Part shown: piece after piece, positions 38,766 to 47,636 of the stretch
Numbering within the stretch: the first letter of the stretch is position 1
Layout: each line of letters begins with the position of its first letter
Assembly (NCBI GenBank): GCA_015055665.1
Contig: SVHX01000001.1
Coordinates: forward strand, 1,109 to 65,108
Source: Clostridiales bacterium
Lineage (GTDB): Bacteria; Bacillota; Clostridia; Christensenellales; UBA1242
Direction: 5' to 3'
DNA length: 64,000 bases
The notes under the pieces: model-generated
The model's input: only the letters and a program-made list of their open reading frames with translations
Databases searched by the model: none
Told to the model about the DNA's origin: nothing
Position numbers and translations under genes: made by a program

Positions 38766-40904
38766 TTAGAAATCTCTCTTCTGGAAAACAGAGTATGCAA
38801 CAGCTAGGAATACAAGTGAGTATATAGCATATAAGAAACTAGAGAATAGTAGGCTCATACTGCTATGTATACCAGTAATAAGTACTGATTGTATTGCTCC
38901 AGCAATACCAGATCCTGCTCCCATCGATACAAATGTATTACCAAAGTATTTGAATAGATGCAGATTCATACCAGGAAGTAGGGTGTACCAGAACGTGCCA
39001 CCAAATAATATATTGAGTGCAAAGTTTACAATTAATAATACTAATACACAAGTAATTGAGGCCGGGTAGTTCTTAAATAGTATGGATATCATTAGTGCCA
39101 AATATACAAAGAATAATATATCCAAAGTAAGAGTAATAATGTTAATTATCATAAGTAGTAGAGGGGATATTTCGAAAGCTGTGGTTGCATTGATTACCGC
39201 AAGTACTGGAGTAGATGACAATCCGTATACGAAGTATCCACCGACAAATGTAAGTATGCTCGTAAATAACATAAATGTAATTACGAAGAATATAGTTGCA
39301 AGTAGCTTGGATGTGATAATTTTACTACGTTTGTATGGTCTAACAAGTAACAATTTGATTGTGCCGCTCTCTGTTTCGCCAGTTATTAAGCTACATACTA
39401 ACATCATTGCAAATACCATAATAACTACTGTACAAAGCTCTAATGTGAAATACATATAGTCATAAGCGTTGGTCTTGATTGTAGAGTCCTGTGCAAACGA
39501 GAAGTTTGACGCAAATGAATTGCTATATTTATTGTTATTTAGATAATATCTATTAGTTGTAATTCTTTCGTTATATTGGTAAGTATTAAAGTCTTTGAAT
39601 TCGTATCCGTATAGATTGCTATAGGTATCTTTGTTGTATTTGCTAGCTATTGAGCTTATAACTATATCATTAATGATTGTCGAATAAGTACTACTTAATA
39701 GGCTATAATTAGTAACAGCAGTGCTAATATTTGATATTGATTCGTCGCCCTTAAGTTCTTTGATATTATTAAGAATATCATTGCTATTATTATTCTTGGT
39801 CGTTTGAAGAATTTCCATATCTGATACAACCGAAATATCCAGATGAACTTGGCTTATGCGAGTGTTGTCAGTTGATGTCTCTGCTTGAGTTAAAGAATCA
39901 AGTAATCCTCTAATATTGAGTAATTCTAATGAATGTTTAACGTTGACATAATTATCCCTAATGCCCATTTCGTATTCGCTAAGATCTAGTATGTCTAAAG
40001 CTTCTGTAAGCTTATTGTTTAAATCATGGTAATCATCATTGCTCATAACGATTACAGGGAATTCTGACTTCATAAGAGTGTCTAAATAATTTTTTAGGTT
40101 AGTAAGACAAAGAGTCATATTTTTGCAAGATTCTTGAATTTTATCAATCTTACTATATCCAGAGATGACAGAGTCTGAGTAGGAACTATAAAAGCTATTA
40201 AACTCGATTGCTGCACCTTTGATTGATGTGTAAACAAAATTTGTACCGGAGTTAAGTGTTGACTTTAGATGCTCTTTATACTTATTGCCTTCAACATTAT
40301 ATGTATTGACTATTTCGGTATCAGTTTTGCTTTCGTTTTTGCAGTCTTCGTATAGAGAACTAACTCCTGTGCATCCTTGACTAAGGTAATAAGATGAATT
40401 GCCAGTATATCCTATATAGGTTGGTTTTGTTAATGCAAGTTCTGTTAATTCTGGAAATTCGGCAAGAGATTCAAGAGATTTGTAAGCTTCAAGGAAATTA
40501 CCTAAATGTGTTGTGAATTCCTTACGTAGAGAGTGTCTTATCTCTGTATTATTCTCGGTAGACAGTTTCTCGCCACAAGATATAACTTCGTTATAGTAGT
40601 TGGTAAGTTTGATTGTATTATCATTAAGTGACTTGTAATATCTAATTACTTTGTCTGTCTTATTAAGTGTATCATCAAATTCCTTTTTGGAATTGATTTT
40701 GTTCTCATCATAAAAGCTGTCGTAATAATCGCTAGAATTAGTTGCCATATCGTAGGTAATAGTTGGATCAGTTATAGCTGTTGGGTTAAATATAGCAAGG
40801 GACGATAGAATTGTTATCACAAGCAAAACTGCCATAACAAAAATGCTAGGGCGTTTGAAGATTTTCTTAAATTCGGCAGAAGTTAATTTGAATATGCTAC
40901 CCAT
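38766..40904 (-). CDS. ABC-2 type transporter permease with a very large (~450 aa) extracytoplasmic domain between TM1 and TM2
   Basis: TM1 is IFVMAVLLVITILSSLAIF. It is followed by a long N/S/Y/D-rich soluble region and then a C-terminal bundle of ~5 TM helices with the ABC-2 loop GETESGTIKLLLVRPYKRSKI. The gene lies directly downstream of the ATPase gene. Confidence 0.8.
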   Translation of the reverse strand: MGSIFKLTSAEFKKIFKRPSIFVMAVLLVITILSSLAIFNPTAITDPTITYDMATNSSDYYDSFYDENKINSKKEFDDTLNKTDKVIRYYKSLNDNTIKLTNYYNEVISCGEKLSTENNTEIRHSLRKEFTTHLGNFLEAYKSLESLAEFPELTELALTKPTYIGYTGNSSYYLSQGCTGVSSLYEDCKNESKTDTEIVNTYNVEGNKYKEHLKSTLNSGTNFVYTSIKGAAIEFNSFYSSYSDSVISGYSKIDKIQESCKNMTLCLTNLKNYLDTLMKSEFPVIVMSNDDYHDLNNKLTEALDILDLSEYEMGIRDNYVNVKHSLELLNIRGLLDSLTQAETSTDNTRISQVHLDISVVSDMEILQTTKNNNSNDILNNIKELKGDESISNISTAVTNYSLLSSTYSTIINDIVISSIASKYNKDTYSNLYGYEFKDFNTYQYNERITTNRYYLNNNKYSNSFASNFSFAQDSTIKTNAYDYMYFTLELCTVVIMVFAMMLVCSLITGETESGTIKLLLVRPYKRSKIITSKLLATIFFVITFMLFTSILTFVGGYFVYGLSSTPVLAVINATTAFEISPLLLMIINIITLTLDILFFVYLALMISILFKNYPASITCVLVLLIVNFALNILFGGTFWYTLLPGMNLHLFKYFGNTFVSMGAGSGIAGAIQSVLITGIHSSMSLLFSSFLYAIYSLVFLAVAYSVFQKRDF

Positions 40905-40957
40905 ATATACTCCTTACATTTGCTAAATGTTACTATTTAGCTATATTTAGGTTTAAT

Positions 40958-41896
40958 TTAGATTATATTAGTCTTTCCTTTGGATTTGTTATTAATAATT
41001 TCTAGGAAGATCTGTTCTAGTGATCTTGATACTATTTCGATACCGAATATAGAGATTCCATAACCAAGAAGTCTTTGAGTGATATCCGGTATTGCTTCTT
41101 CATTAGTATAAGCTAGGACTCTATTACCGGCTATATCGCATTTGATTTGCATTTCGTTTACAAGAATTTTTCCTGCAAAGTTAGGGTAATCAACCTTGAT
41201 CTGAACTCTCTTAGCTCCTTCGATACTCTCTCTAAGGGATGTAATAGATCTAATCTCAAGCAATTGTCCGTTATTGATAATACCAATTGTGTCGCATATT
41301 TGTTCCATATCAGAGAGCATATGGCTAGAAATTAGTATTGCAATCTTGTATTCTCTAGCAAGTGTTTTTAGGAAATCTCTCATTTCCTTGACACCGTTAG
41401 GATCTAGTCCGCTAAGAGGCTCGTCTAGGACAAGAAGTTTAGGGGAGTGGAGCAATGCCTGAGCAATTCCTAGTCGTTGTTTCATGCCCAGCGAATAGGT
41501 CTTGAGCTTATCTTTGAGCCTTTGTTCTAGTCCTACAACGCGAGCATATTTAATTATGTCATTTTTGGTTACTCCGGTATGCAGACTAGCATAGTATTTA
41601 AGGTTGTCCATGCCTGTCATAGTAGGATACATTAGAGGATTTTCGATAAGTGCACCTATATATCTAAGAGCTTTTTCTGAGTCCTTAGGCATATCATAAT
41701 TGCATATACGGATAGAGCCTTTGGTCATGCTAGTAAGGCCACAAATCATCTTCATGGTGGTAGTTTTGCCAGCACCATTAGGGCCTAAGAATCCAAAAAT
41801 TTCACCTTCTTTGATAGTGAAAGATACATTATTAACTGCGACTCTGTTGCCAAATGTTTTGGTAACATTTGAAACATCAAGAACTACTTTTTCCAA
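40958..41896 (-). CDS. ABC transporter ATP-binding protein (ABC-2 / BcrA-like exporter subfamily)
   Basis: Walker A is GPNGAGKTT, the signature motif is YSLGMKQRLGIAQAL, Walker B is LLVLDEPLSGLD, and the H-loop is SSHML. Confidence 0.93.
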   Translation of the reverse strand: MEKVVLDVSNVTKTFGNRVAVNNVSFTIKEGEIFGFLGPNGAGKTTTMKMICGLTSMTKGSIRICNYDMPKDSEKALRYIGALIENPLMYPTMTGMDNLKYYASLHTGVTKNDIIKYARVVGLEQRLKDKLKTYSLGMKQRLGIAQALLHSPKLLVLDEPLSGLDPNGVKEMRDFLKTLAREYKIAILISSHMLSDMEQICDTIGIINNGQLLEIRSITSLRESIEGAKRVQIKVDYPNFAGKILVNEMQIKCDIAGNRVLAYTNEEAIPDITQRLLGYGISIFGIEIVSRSLEQIFLEIINNKSKGKTNII

Positions 41897-41984
41897 TTCA
41901 TTCTCCTTTATTTTTTTGCGTTATATGAGTAATAACACGAATTAGTTAGTAATACAATAATCTATAGGTGTAAGGTGGTAAGTT

Positions 41985-42881
41985 ATGACAAGAAGGTTAA
42001 TTATTAGATTATTACAACTTATATTATTAGTATCAACTATTATTCTGATAACAATATGTGACACAAGTAAGCCTATATTGCACATTGTATTAATTTGTGT
42101 CCCACAAGTATTGTTAATTCTTTCGTATATTTTTGATTGGTTAAATCATGGGGTGTTGTCCAAATTATTTAAGACATCTTTCGTGATTTCGTGTGTAATT
42201 ATAATAACTTATATAGTAATGATTCGTTTAGGAATATTTGATAAATTCTCTAGTGTGTCAGCATTAAGACAATACATTATTTCTTCTGGTAATTTAGGAA
42301 TATTTGTTTATATTACAATTCAGCTGCTTCAAGTAGTATTTTTGCCAATTCCTGCATCTATTATTTGTATAGTAGGTAGTCTTATCTATGGCCCAGTTCT
42401 TGGCGGGTTATATTGTAGTATTGGTGTAGTACTGGGCTCTATTATATCGTACATCATTGGTAATGTATTTGGCTTTAAATTAGTATCGTATATTATAGGC
42501 AAAGATAAGGCAATCAAGTATTCGGATATCCTTCGCAAGAGAGGAGTACTTTTCTTAGCAATTGCATTTTTGTTACCAATGTTTCCTGATGACATACTAT
42601 GCTTTGTTGCAGGGGTTACCAAAATACCAATCAAAAAGTTCCTTCTTGTAACATTAATTACTAGGCCAATAGGTGTAATATGTATGTCAATATTTGGCTC
42701 GGGGTATCTAATACCGTTTAGCGGTTGGGGTATATATGTTTGGATGGGAATACTAGTTGTTGCAGTTGCCATTATGCTAATAATGTTTAAGTGGCAAGAT
42801 AAAATGCAAGACTGGATAATCTCCAAAGTTTTTCGAAAGAAAACACTTAAAAGTAGCGAGATTAATCAAAGAACAACTTAA
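41985..42881 (+). CDS. TVP38/TMEM64 (DedA-related, SNARE-associated) family membrane protein with an N-terminal TM extension
   Basis: The core VFLPIPASIICIVGSLIYGPVLGGLYCSIGVVLGSIISYIIGNVFG...LPMFPDDILCFVAGVTKI is typical of the family. It is polytopic throughout. Its 3' end overlaps the convergent PadR-like gene by 20 nt. Confidence 0.8.
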   Translation: MTRRLIIRLLQLILLVSTIILITICDTSKPILHIVLICVPQVLLILSYIFDWLNHGVLSKLFKTSFVISCVIIITYIVMIRLGIFDKFSSVSALRQYIISSGNLGIFVYITIQLLQVVFLPIPASIICIVGSLIYGPVLGGLYCSIGVVLGSIISYIIGNVFGFKLVSYIIGKDKAIKYSDILRKRGVLFLAIAFLLPMFPDDILCFVAGVTKIPIKKFLLVTLITRPIGVICMSIFGSGYLIPFSGWGIYVWMGILVVAVAIMLIMFKWQDKMQDWIISKVFRKKTLKSSEINQRTT

Positions 42882-44730
42882 GCTTAGTTAGTATGTAATA
42901 TACAATTGGTCCAATGCAGAAGTTAGTTGCCATAACGATCGGTACTATTATTGTAGTAGCAAAGTATCTGAAGTTATCTAACTCGAATCCTCCAAGTGCG
43001 TTAAAGCAGTAAACAAGAATAGTTATAACTATGAAGGTAAGGATTCCAAACCAGAACGTATATTTAAATCTAAAAGTATTAACCTTGTGAGATCCCGAAT
43101 TAAGTATATATGGGATAATACAACATAGTGCGAATATTCCAATAGCAACACAAGAAAGTATTAATGTTGTCTTGCCATTAGGGGTGATTAAGCCTCTAGA
43201 ATTGAGCATAACCCAAGATACAACTATCTCGGTTGTCATAATAAGAGTCATTATAATACCAAAGACAAGTTTAAGCTTATTAACAAGCATATAAGTTTTG
43301 TCTACAAGTACTGCTTTGGTAGTATTCTCGTATCTAGTCATGTTAACATTACTTGCTGGAGTAGAGTAGTTATTGATCTGCTCAATATATTCGGCATCGT
43401 TATGTTTAACCTCGAATTCTTCATCAGAATCAAGACTAATCATGCTATCGTTAGAGTCCTCGTTATCCCAATTATCTTCTTCGTCATAATCAAATAGTCT
43501 ATTATCGGTAATAGAGTCTTCTTCAAGGTCGACATAATCGTCCTCTTCAATTTCTTCCTCATCTTTATAAATTTTGCCTAACTCGTTGCGATAATCAACA
43601 GGTTTATCAGCTACAGGTGAGGTCTGAGTAGGAGTTTGTTTAACAGGTGTTGACACAGGTTTCATCTTAGACATTGTAAGTAGGTTGAATTTAGCGAGGA
43701 AGTTTTCGTTACGTTGATTCTTCTCCTCGTCACTAAGGTCGACAATTGAATCTTTAGGGGATTTGTCAGATTTATTAGTAGTTTCGGTATATGTTGTGTA
43801 ACTAAAGTTGGAGTTACTTGACCTTCCAACAACGTTATCTATTACAACTGGCTCGTATTTTTTTGTTTCAGGAACATAATCTTCATCTCTAAGTTTATAT
43901 ATGCCATCTCGGTCTTTAACAATAACTTGTTCCTTCTTTGGTTTGCGAAGGTACATAGTATTGTAATTGGATGCGGAGCATTTCTTTATTGATTCCTTAG
44001 ATCTTGTTACAAAGTTTAACCAATTATTATCTTCTTCCGATTGATCGTTGCTAGTATTATCTACTATTGATGTTGTCGGAGCCACATTTTCTTCTACGAT
44101 AGATTGACTGCAATTAACTTTTGTATCGTCAATCATATTGTCCATTGGAGTAGGTTGGTAGAATTTATGATCGTATACCATATCATTAGTAGGGGTGGCT
44201 GATTCTTTATCTTCAAAATCTGCTATGGCTGGGACATCATCTTCACTAATCTCAGTTATAATATTTGATGAATCGTTGGATGATTCTAACTCGTCATCTT
44301 CTTGTTCATCTTCTTGTTCGTCATCTTGTTCGTCATCTTGATCTTCATCTGTATCCATGTCTTCAGTATCATTTTCGGTAGGCGAAGATAGTGTAATGTT
44401 GTTATCTTCGAGCACTTCTTCGACAGACTCATCAAGTTCTTTTAATACAAACTTACGGTAATACTCTTGTCCTAACTCAGTAAGGTGGTAGTAGTGTCGT
44501 CTGCCACCAATATCGCTATCTCCCCAATATGATGTTACAAATTCCTTCTCTTCAAATCGGGAAAGACTGCTATAAAGACTAGGCTGTTTGAGCTGAATCT
44601 TACCATCAGAGAATTCTTCCACCTCTTTGATTATTTCGTAGCCATACTTGTCGCCGGTAACAAGAGTCTTAAGAATTATGTTGTTTACAGATCCACGAGA
44701 TGCGTTTCTTTTCCTTTTTTTTCTAGGCAT
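42862..44730 (-). CDS. Membrane-tethered PadR-family transcriptional regulator (N-terminal winged HTH, long acidic disordered linker, 4 C-terminal TM helices)
   Basis: The N-terminal GDKYGYEIIKEVEEFSDGKIQLKQPSLYSSLSRFEEKEFVTSYWGDSDIGGRRHYYHLTELG is a PadR wHTH. It also has a D/E/Q-rich tract (DEDQDDEQDDEQEDEQEDDE) and four hydrophobic helices in the last ~140 aa. A GGAG RBS precedes the start. Confidence 0.8.
   Translation of the reverse strand: MPRKKRKRNASRGSVNNIILKTLVTGDKYGYEIIKEVEEFSDGKIQLKQPSLYSSLSRFEEKEFVTSYWGDSDIGGRRHYYHLTELGQEYYRKFVLKELDESVEEVLEDNNITLSSPTENDTEDMDTDEDQDDEQDDEQEDEQEDDELESSNDSSNIITEISEDDVPAIADFEDKESATPTNDMVYDHKFYQPTPMDNMIDDTKVNCSQSIVEENVAPTTSIVDNTSNDQSEEDNNWLNFVTRSKESIKKCSASNYNTMYLRKPKKEQVIVKDRDGIYKLRDEDYVPETKKYEPVVIDNVVGRSSNSNFSYTTYTETTNKSDKSPKDSIVDLSDEEKNQRNENFLAKFNLLTMSKMKPVSTPVKQTPTQTSPVADKPVDYRNELGKIYKDEEEIEEDDYVDLEEDSITDNRLFDYDEEDNWDNEDSNDSMISLDSDEEFEVKHNDAEYIEQINNYSTPASNVNMTRYENTTKAVLVDKTYMLVNKLKLVFGIIMTLIMTTEIVVSWVMLNSRGLITPNGKTTLILSCVAIGIFALCCIIPYILNSGSHKVNTFRFKYTFWFGILTFIVITILVYCFNALGGFELDNFRYFATTIIVPIVMATNFCIGPIVYYILTKLKLFFD
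44291..44350 (-). repeat. In-frame 12-nt microsatellite-like repeats encoding the (D/E)DEQ acidic tract of the PadR-like protein
   Basis: The plus strand reads ...CTTGTTCATCTT CTTGTTCGTCAT CTTGTTCGTCAT CTTGATCTTCAT..., a period of 12 nt. Confidence 0.6.
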
Positions 44731-44964
44731 ATATTGTTACTCCTATTATGTTATATCAAGTTATATCGTGAACAATTGCTAAGAGGTGAATCCCATCAAA
44801 TAATATCACTATATTACTAGATATGATAAATACATACTATTTATATAATATATAATAATACAAAAATAGTCAAATAAAATGCTATGCAACCAATTAATTT
44901 CTTGCTAAAATATTAACTTTATTTGTAATATTGTTTTTGCTCTGATATAATAATTTTGTAATAT

Positions 44965-45236
44965 ATAATATAGGAAGTTCAAGCAAGCAGTGCAAAGCAA
45001 TATTTGAATTGAACTGACGACAGTTTCACTATTGTAATAGGCAATTTATTGCCTGTGTGATGAAAATCGCACGAGTTGCGTTAGCAACATTACATAATGT
45101 ATAATATAGGAAGTTTAAACAAGCAGTGCAAAGCAATATTTGATTTAAACTGACGACAGTTTCACTATTGTAATAGGCAATTTATTGCCTGTGTGATGAA
45201 AATCACACGAGTTGCGTTAGCAACATTACATAATGT
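44965..45236 (+). repeat. Two tandem copies of a 136-bp structured unit (44965-45100 and 45101-45236) in a divergent intergenic region
   Basis: The copies differ at 5 positions. Four of these lie in the two arms of one hairpin and are compensatory (AGTTCAA...TTGAACT versus AGTTTAAA...TTTAAACT). Each unit also holds the hairpins AGGCAA-TTTA-TTGCCT and GTTGC-GTTA-GCAAC. Confidence 0.85.
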
Positions 45237-45279
45237 ATATTATAAGTAAAAATTGCTATTAGTTAATAATGGAGAAGTT

Positions 45280-45948
45280 ATGGTAAGTCCAGATTTGATA
45301 GTTAGGAGTCATAGGCGAAGTTTGAGTCTAAGCATTAATAAGCATGGCGAGCTGATTGTTCGTGCACCAAAGAGATTATCTATTGATCACATTATGCGAT
45401 ATATTAAAGAAAAGGAACATTGGATCATCACCAAACAAAAAGAAATAGAATCACGATTATCAATTAATAAAGATGTTATTAATTATAATGAGATACTATT
45501 CCTAGGCAAGAAATACAAAATCAAATATTCTAATGCTATCAAAAAAATTGAACTTGTGGAAGATGGCCTATTAGTACCTACTAAGTATACTAACGAGATA
45601 GCACCCCGATTAAAGAAGTGGTTGCACTCAATGGCAAGCAAGATTCTCTGTGAAAGGATTGAGTATCTAGCCAGTGTCATGCAAGTTGATTATGCAAGTG
45701 TAACAATCTGTAATAACAAAACAAGGTGGGGAAGTTGCGATAGTAGTCGTAATATAAAATTAAATCTAAGACTCGTATCGTTACCACATAAGATAATTGA
45801 TTTTGTTATCATACATGAGCTTGCACACATAATAGAGTTTAATCACTCGAAAGACTTCTACAAGATTATATCGCTTGTTCAACCTTCGTACAAATTACAG
45901 CAGAAGAATCTTAAAGAGTATGACTATCTCTTGAGTGTATATAGGTGA
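45280..45948 (+). CDS. YgjP-like / DUF45 (M48-related, SprT-like) metal-dependent hydrolase
   Basis: RRSLSLSINKHGELIVRAPKRLS is the typical N-terminus. The C-terminus carries the zincin motif IIHELAHIIEFNHSKDFY. I chose the ATG at 45280 (GGAG 5 nt upstream) rather than the TTG at 45253. Confidence 0.75.
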   Translation: MVSPDLIVRSHRRSLSLSINKHGELIVRAPKRLSIDHIMRYIKEKEHWIITKQKEIESRLSINKDVINYNEILFLGKKYKIKYSNAIKKIELVEDGLLVPTKYTNEIAPRLKKWLHSMASKILCERIEYLASVMQVDYASVTICNNKTRWGSCDSSRNIKLNLRLVSLPHKIIDFVIIHELAHIIEFNHSKDFYKIISLVQPSYKLQQKNLKEYDYLLSVYR

Positions 45949-46097
45949 TGATATCGACTAATCCCGATTAGTAATTATAGGTAATCGGTTGTGCATTTAA
46001 ATAATCCGTTAGGATTGGTATAATCGTATAGGCTGTCTGAGCATATCTAATGTTATTAGTTGGTTATAGGAGAGTTGTGTAAGGAATTTGATATAGG

Positions 46098-46124
46098 GAC
46101 AGGGATGTTTGCCTGTCTTTTTTG
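46098..46124 (+). terminator. Rho-independent terminator ~150 nt downstream of the DUF45 gene
   Basis: The hairpin GACAGG-GATGTTTG-CCTGTC is followed by TTTTTT. Confidence 0.55.
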
Positions 46125-46471
46125 TTGCCTTTAATAGGTGTTAATATAGGCAGGGTGTAGTGTGATGCATAATAAACCTACACGCCTTAGATGGAATTTT
46201 CACAAGAAAATTATATAAAAACGCTCAAATTTGTGACCATAAAAAAGTGGCTTTATTACGTATTTATAGACAAAAACTATTCGCAAAAGACAAGTTTAAC
46301 GAATAGTTTGGCATATAAAATATGGTTGTTTGGCGGGTGAAATATTATACTGACTCGTGCTTTGTGATAATTGTTAAGTATAGATATATTGTATTGAATT
46401 AGATTATCAAATATAATTATTCAAATTATCAAAAAAGCTTGCAAAGAATTGTTTTTTTAATATTATGCATT

Positions 46472-46519
46472 TTTGCATAGTACCGTTTGCATAGTATTAG
46501 AATTGTACTTTGCATAGTA
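46472..46519. repeat. Three direct copies of TTTGCATAGTA (46472-46482, 46486-46496, 46509-46519); candidate protein-binding iterons
   Basis: The 11-mer occurs exactly three times within 48 bp, in non-coding DNA about 90-135 bp beyond the 3' end of the minus-strand gene 46608-47480. Confidence 0.6.
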
Positions 46520-46607
46520 CATAAAAAAACTAGTAACACGACTTTATAATATATCTACAATAAATTAGATATGCTAAAGTTATGCTACTAGTAATTATTA
46601 GTAATTG

Positions 46608-47480
46608 TTACCTTGCTAGATAGTTTTCTATTATACGCAAGATATGTTTGCAGTAATATGGTGACATCCCTCGATAGATACTTCCGAACGCAGAGTCCTG
46701 TTCATCCACTGTCTTAAATTCTTTAAGTGAGTGATTGCGTATAAAGTTAATTAGTCTAAGCATGCTATCTTTGTCATCACCTTTGAGGAATTCGTTAGGT
46801 ACATTATATACTAGTGTTTCTATAATTTCAGATGGTAAGTTATCGATCTTATTATTCTTGAGCAAAATATTTTTGAGTATTAATACTATATCTCTATACT
46901 TACCTTTCGTTTGTTTGTTCTTGTGATTGTAATTATCTATAAACTTCTGAGGGTATTCTATTTGAATATCATTGCCATGATAATATACAAGACCCCTAAC
47001 ATTATTTTCGTTATAATAAGTTAGTGCTGGTATTATACGAAAATAATAATCTGATGATGTATTGTCATCCAGCATTACATTTGACTTGATACATATTGAT
47101 GCTCTGTCTATCCAGATTATATTGTTAGAATCAAAGTGATTAAGGCAAGCTTGAGTAATACCTTTGCGAATATCCGATAGACTTATATATAGATCAGGTA
47201 TATCGAATTTGCCTGGCTTGTGATTCTTTGGCTTAAGCTTAGGTCTATAATTAAGTGGTTGATCAATCTCTATATAAAGTGTTGTAAATATATCTTTGTG
47301 GCAATTGGTCTTTAGGATATATTCATCAAGAATTCTGATTGTAAAGTCGTCCTCGCTAAACATATGTTTATCAGCAAAGAACTGTTCGATTATTTGGAAT
47401 AGATTATCTATTAGATTATCAGTTATTTCTTCTTGATATGGTTTGTCAACTGTTTTTTTAAGTTCATTAGGAATATACAT
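46608..47480 (-). CDS. Hypothetical protein; possible nucleotidyltransferase-fold (cGAS/DncV/SMODS-like) protein with atypical catalytic motifs
   Basis: The layout loosely resembles CD-NTase/SMODS proteins: a ...LYIEID acidic pair, FRIIPAL where the third acidic residue is usually found (vDvvPa-like), GKYRDIVLILKNIL, and a C-terminal SEIIETLVYNVPNEF helix. I chose the ATG at 47480, preceded by GGAGGG. The assignment is pattern recognition only. Confidence 0.3.
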   Translation of the reverse strand: MYIPNELKKTVDKPYQEEITDNLIDNLFQIIEQFFADKHMFSEDDFTIRILDEYILKTNCHKDIFTTLYIEIDQPLNYRPKLKPKNHKPGKFDIPDLYISLSDIRKGITQACLNHFDSNNIIWIDRASICIKSNVMLDDNTSSDYYFRIIPALTYYNENNVRGLVYYHGNDIQIEYPQKFIDNYNHKNKQTKGKYRDIVLILKNILLKNNKIDNLPSEIIETLVYNVPNEFLKGDDKDSMLRLINFIRNHSLKEFKTVDEQDSAFGSIYRGMSPYYCKHILRIIENYLAR

Positions 47481-47636
47481 TACGCCCTCCATTAACTTAG
47501 TTTAACACAATTTTATATTTTTGTCATACAAAACACAATTTGTATTATATTTTGTTTTACAACTTTTCGATTAAATGTTAGACTATAATTATATATAACT
47601 ATTCGCAAAATATTGCAATAATTAGAGGGGAATTAT

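Noticed and set aside
39082-39459. ORFs antisense to other supported genes: the ABC permease (39082-39459), the ABC ATPase (41147-41945), TVP38 (42386-42826), miaA (49749-50048), mutL/mutS (50982-51170, 52195-52401, 53289-53504, 53943-54194), miaB, the PBP gene, recA (59253-59528) and pgsA (61736-61918).
   Set aside because: They are shadow ORFs inside conserved genes, with no independent support.
45058-45102. Short ORFs inside each 136-bp repeat unit (MKIARVALATLHNV, and MKITRVALATLHNVYYK in copy 2).
   Set aside because: No ribosome-binding site precedes the ATG, and the one non-stem difference between copies is non-synonymous. The compensatory stem changes argue for structure rather than coding.
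44965-45236. Checked whether the tandem repeat could be a CRISPR array.
   Set aside because: There are only two directly abutting copies of a 136-bp unit with no spacers, and no cas genes are present in the window.
47540-47560. The inverted repeat ATACAAA-N6-TTTGTAT upstream of the tyrosine recombinase, considered as a possible LexA or other operator.
   Set aside because: It does not match the RAACAAATGTTT box shared by lexA and recA. Short AT-rich palindromes are common by chance in this DNA.
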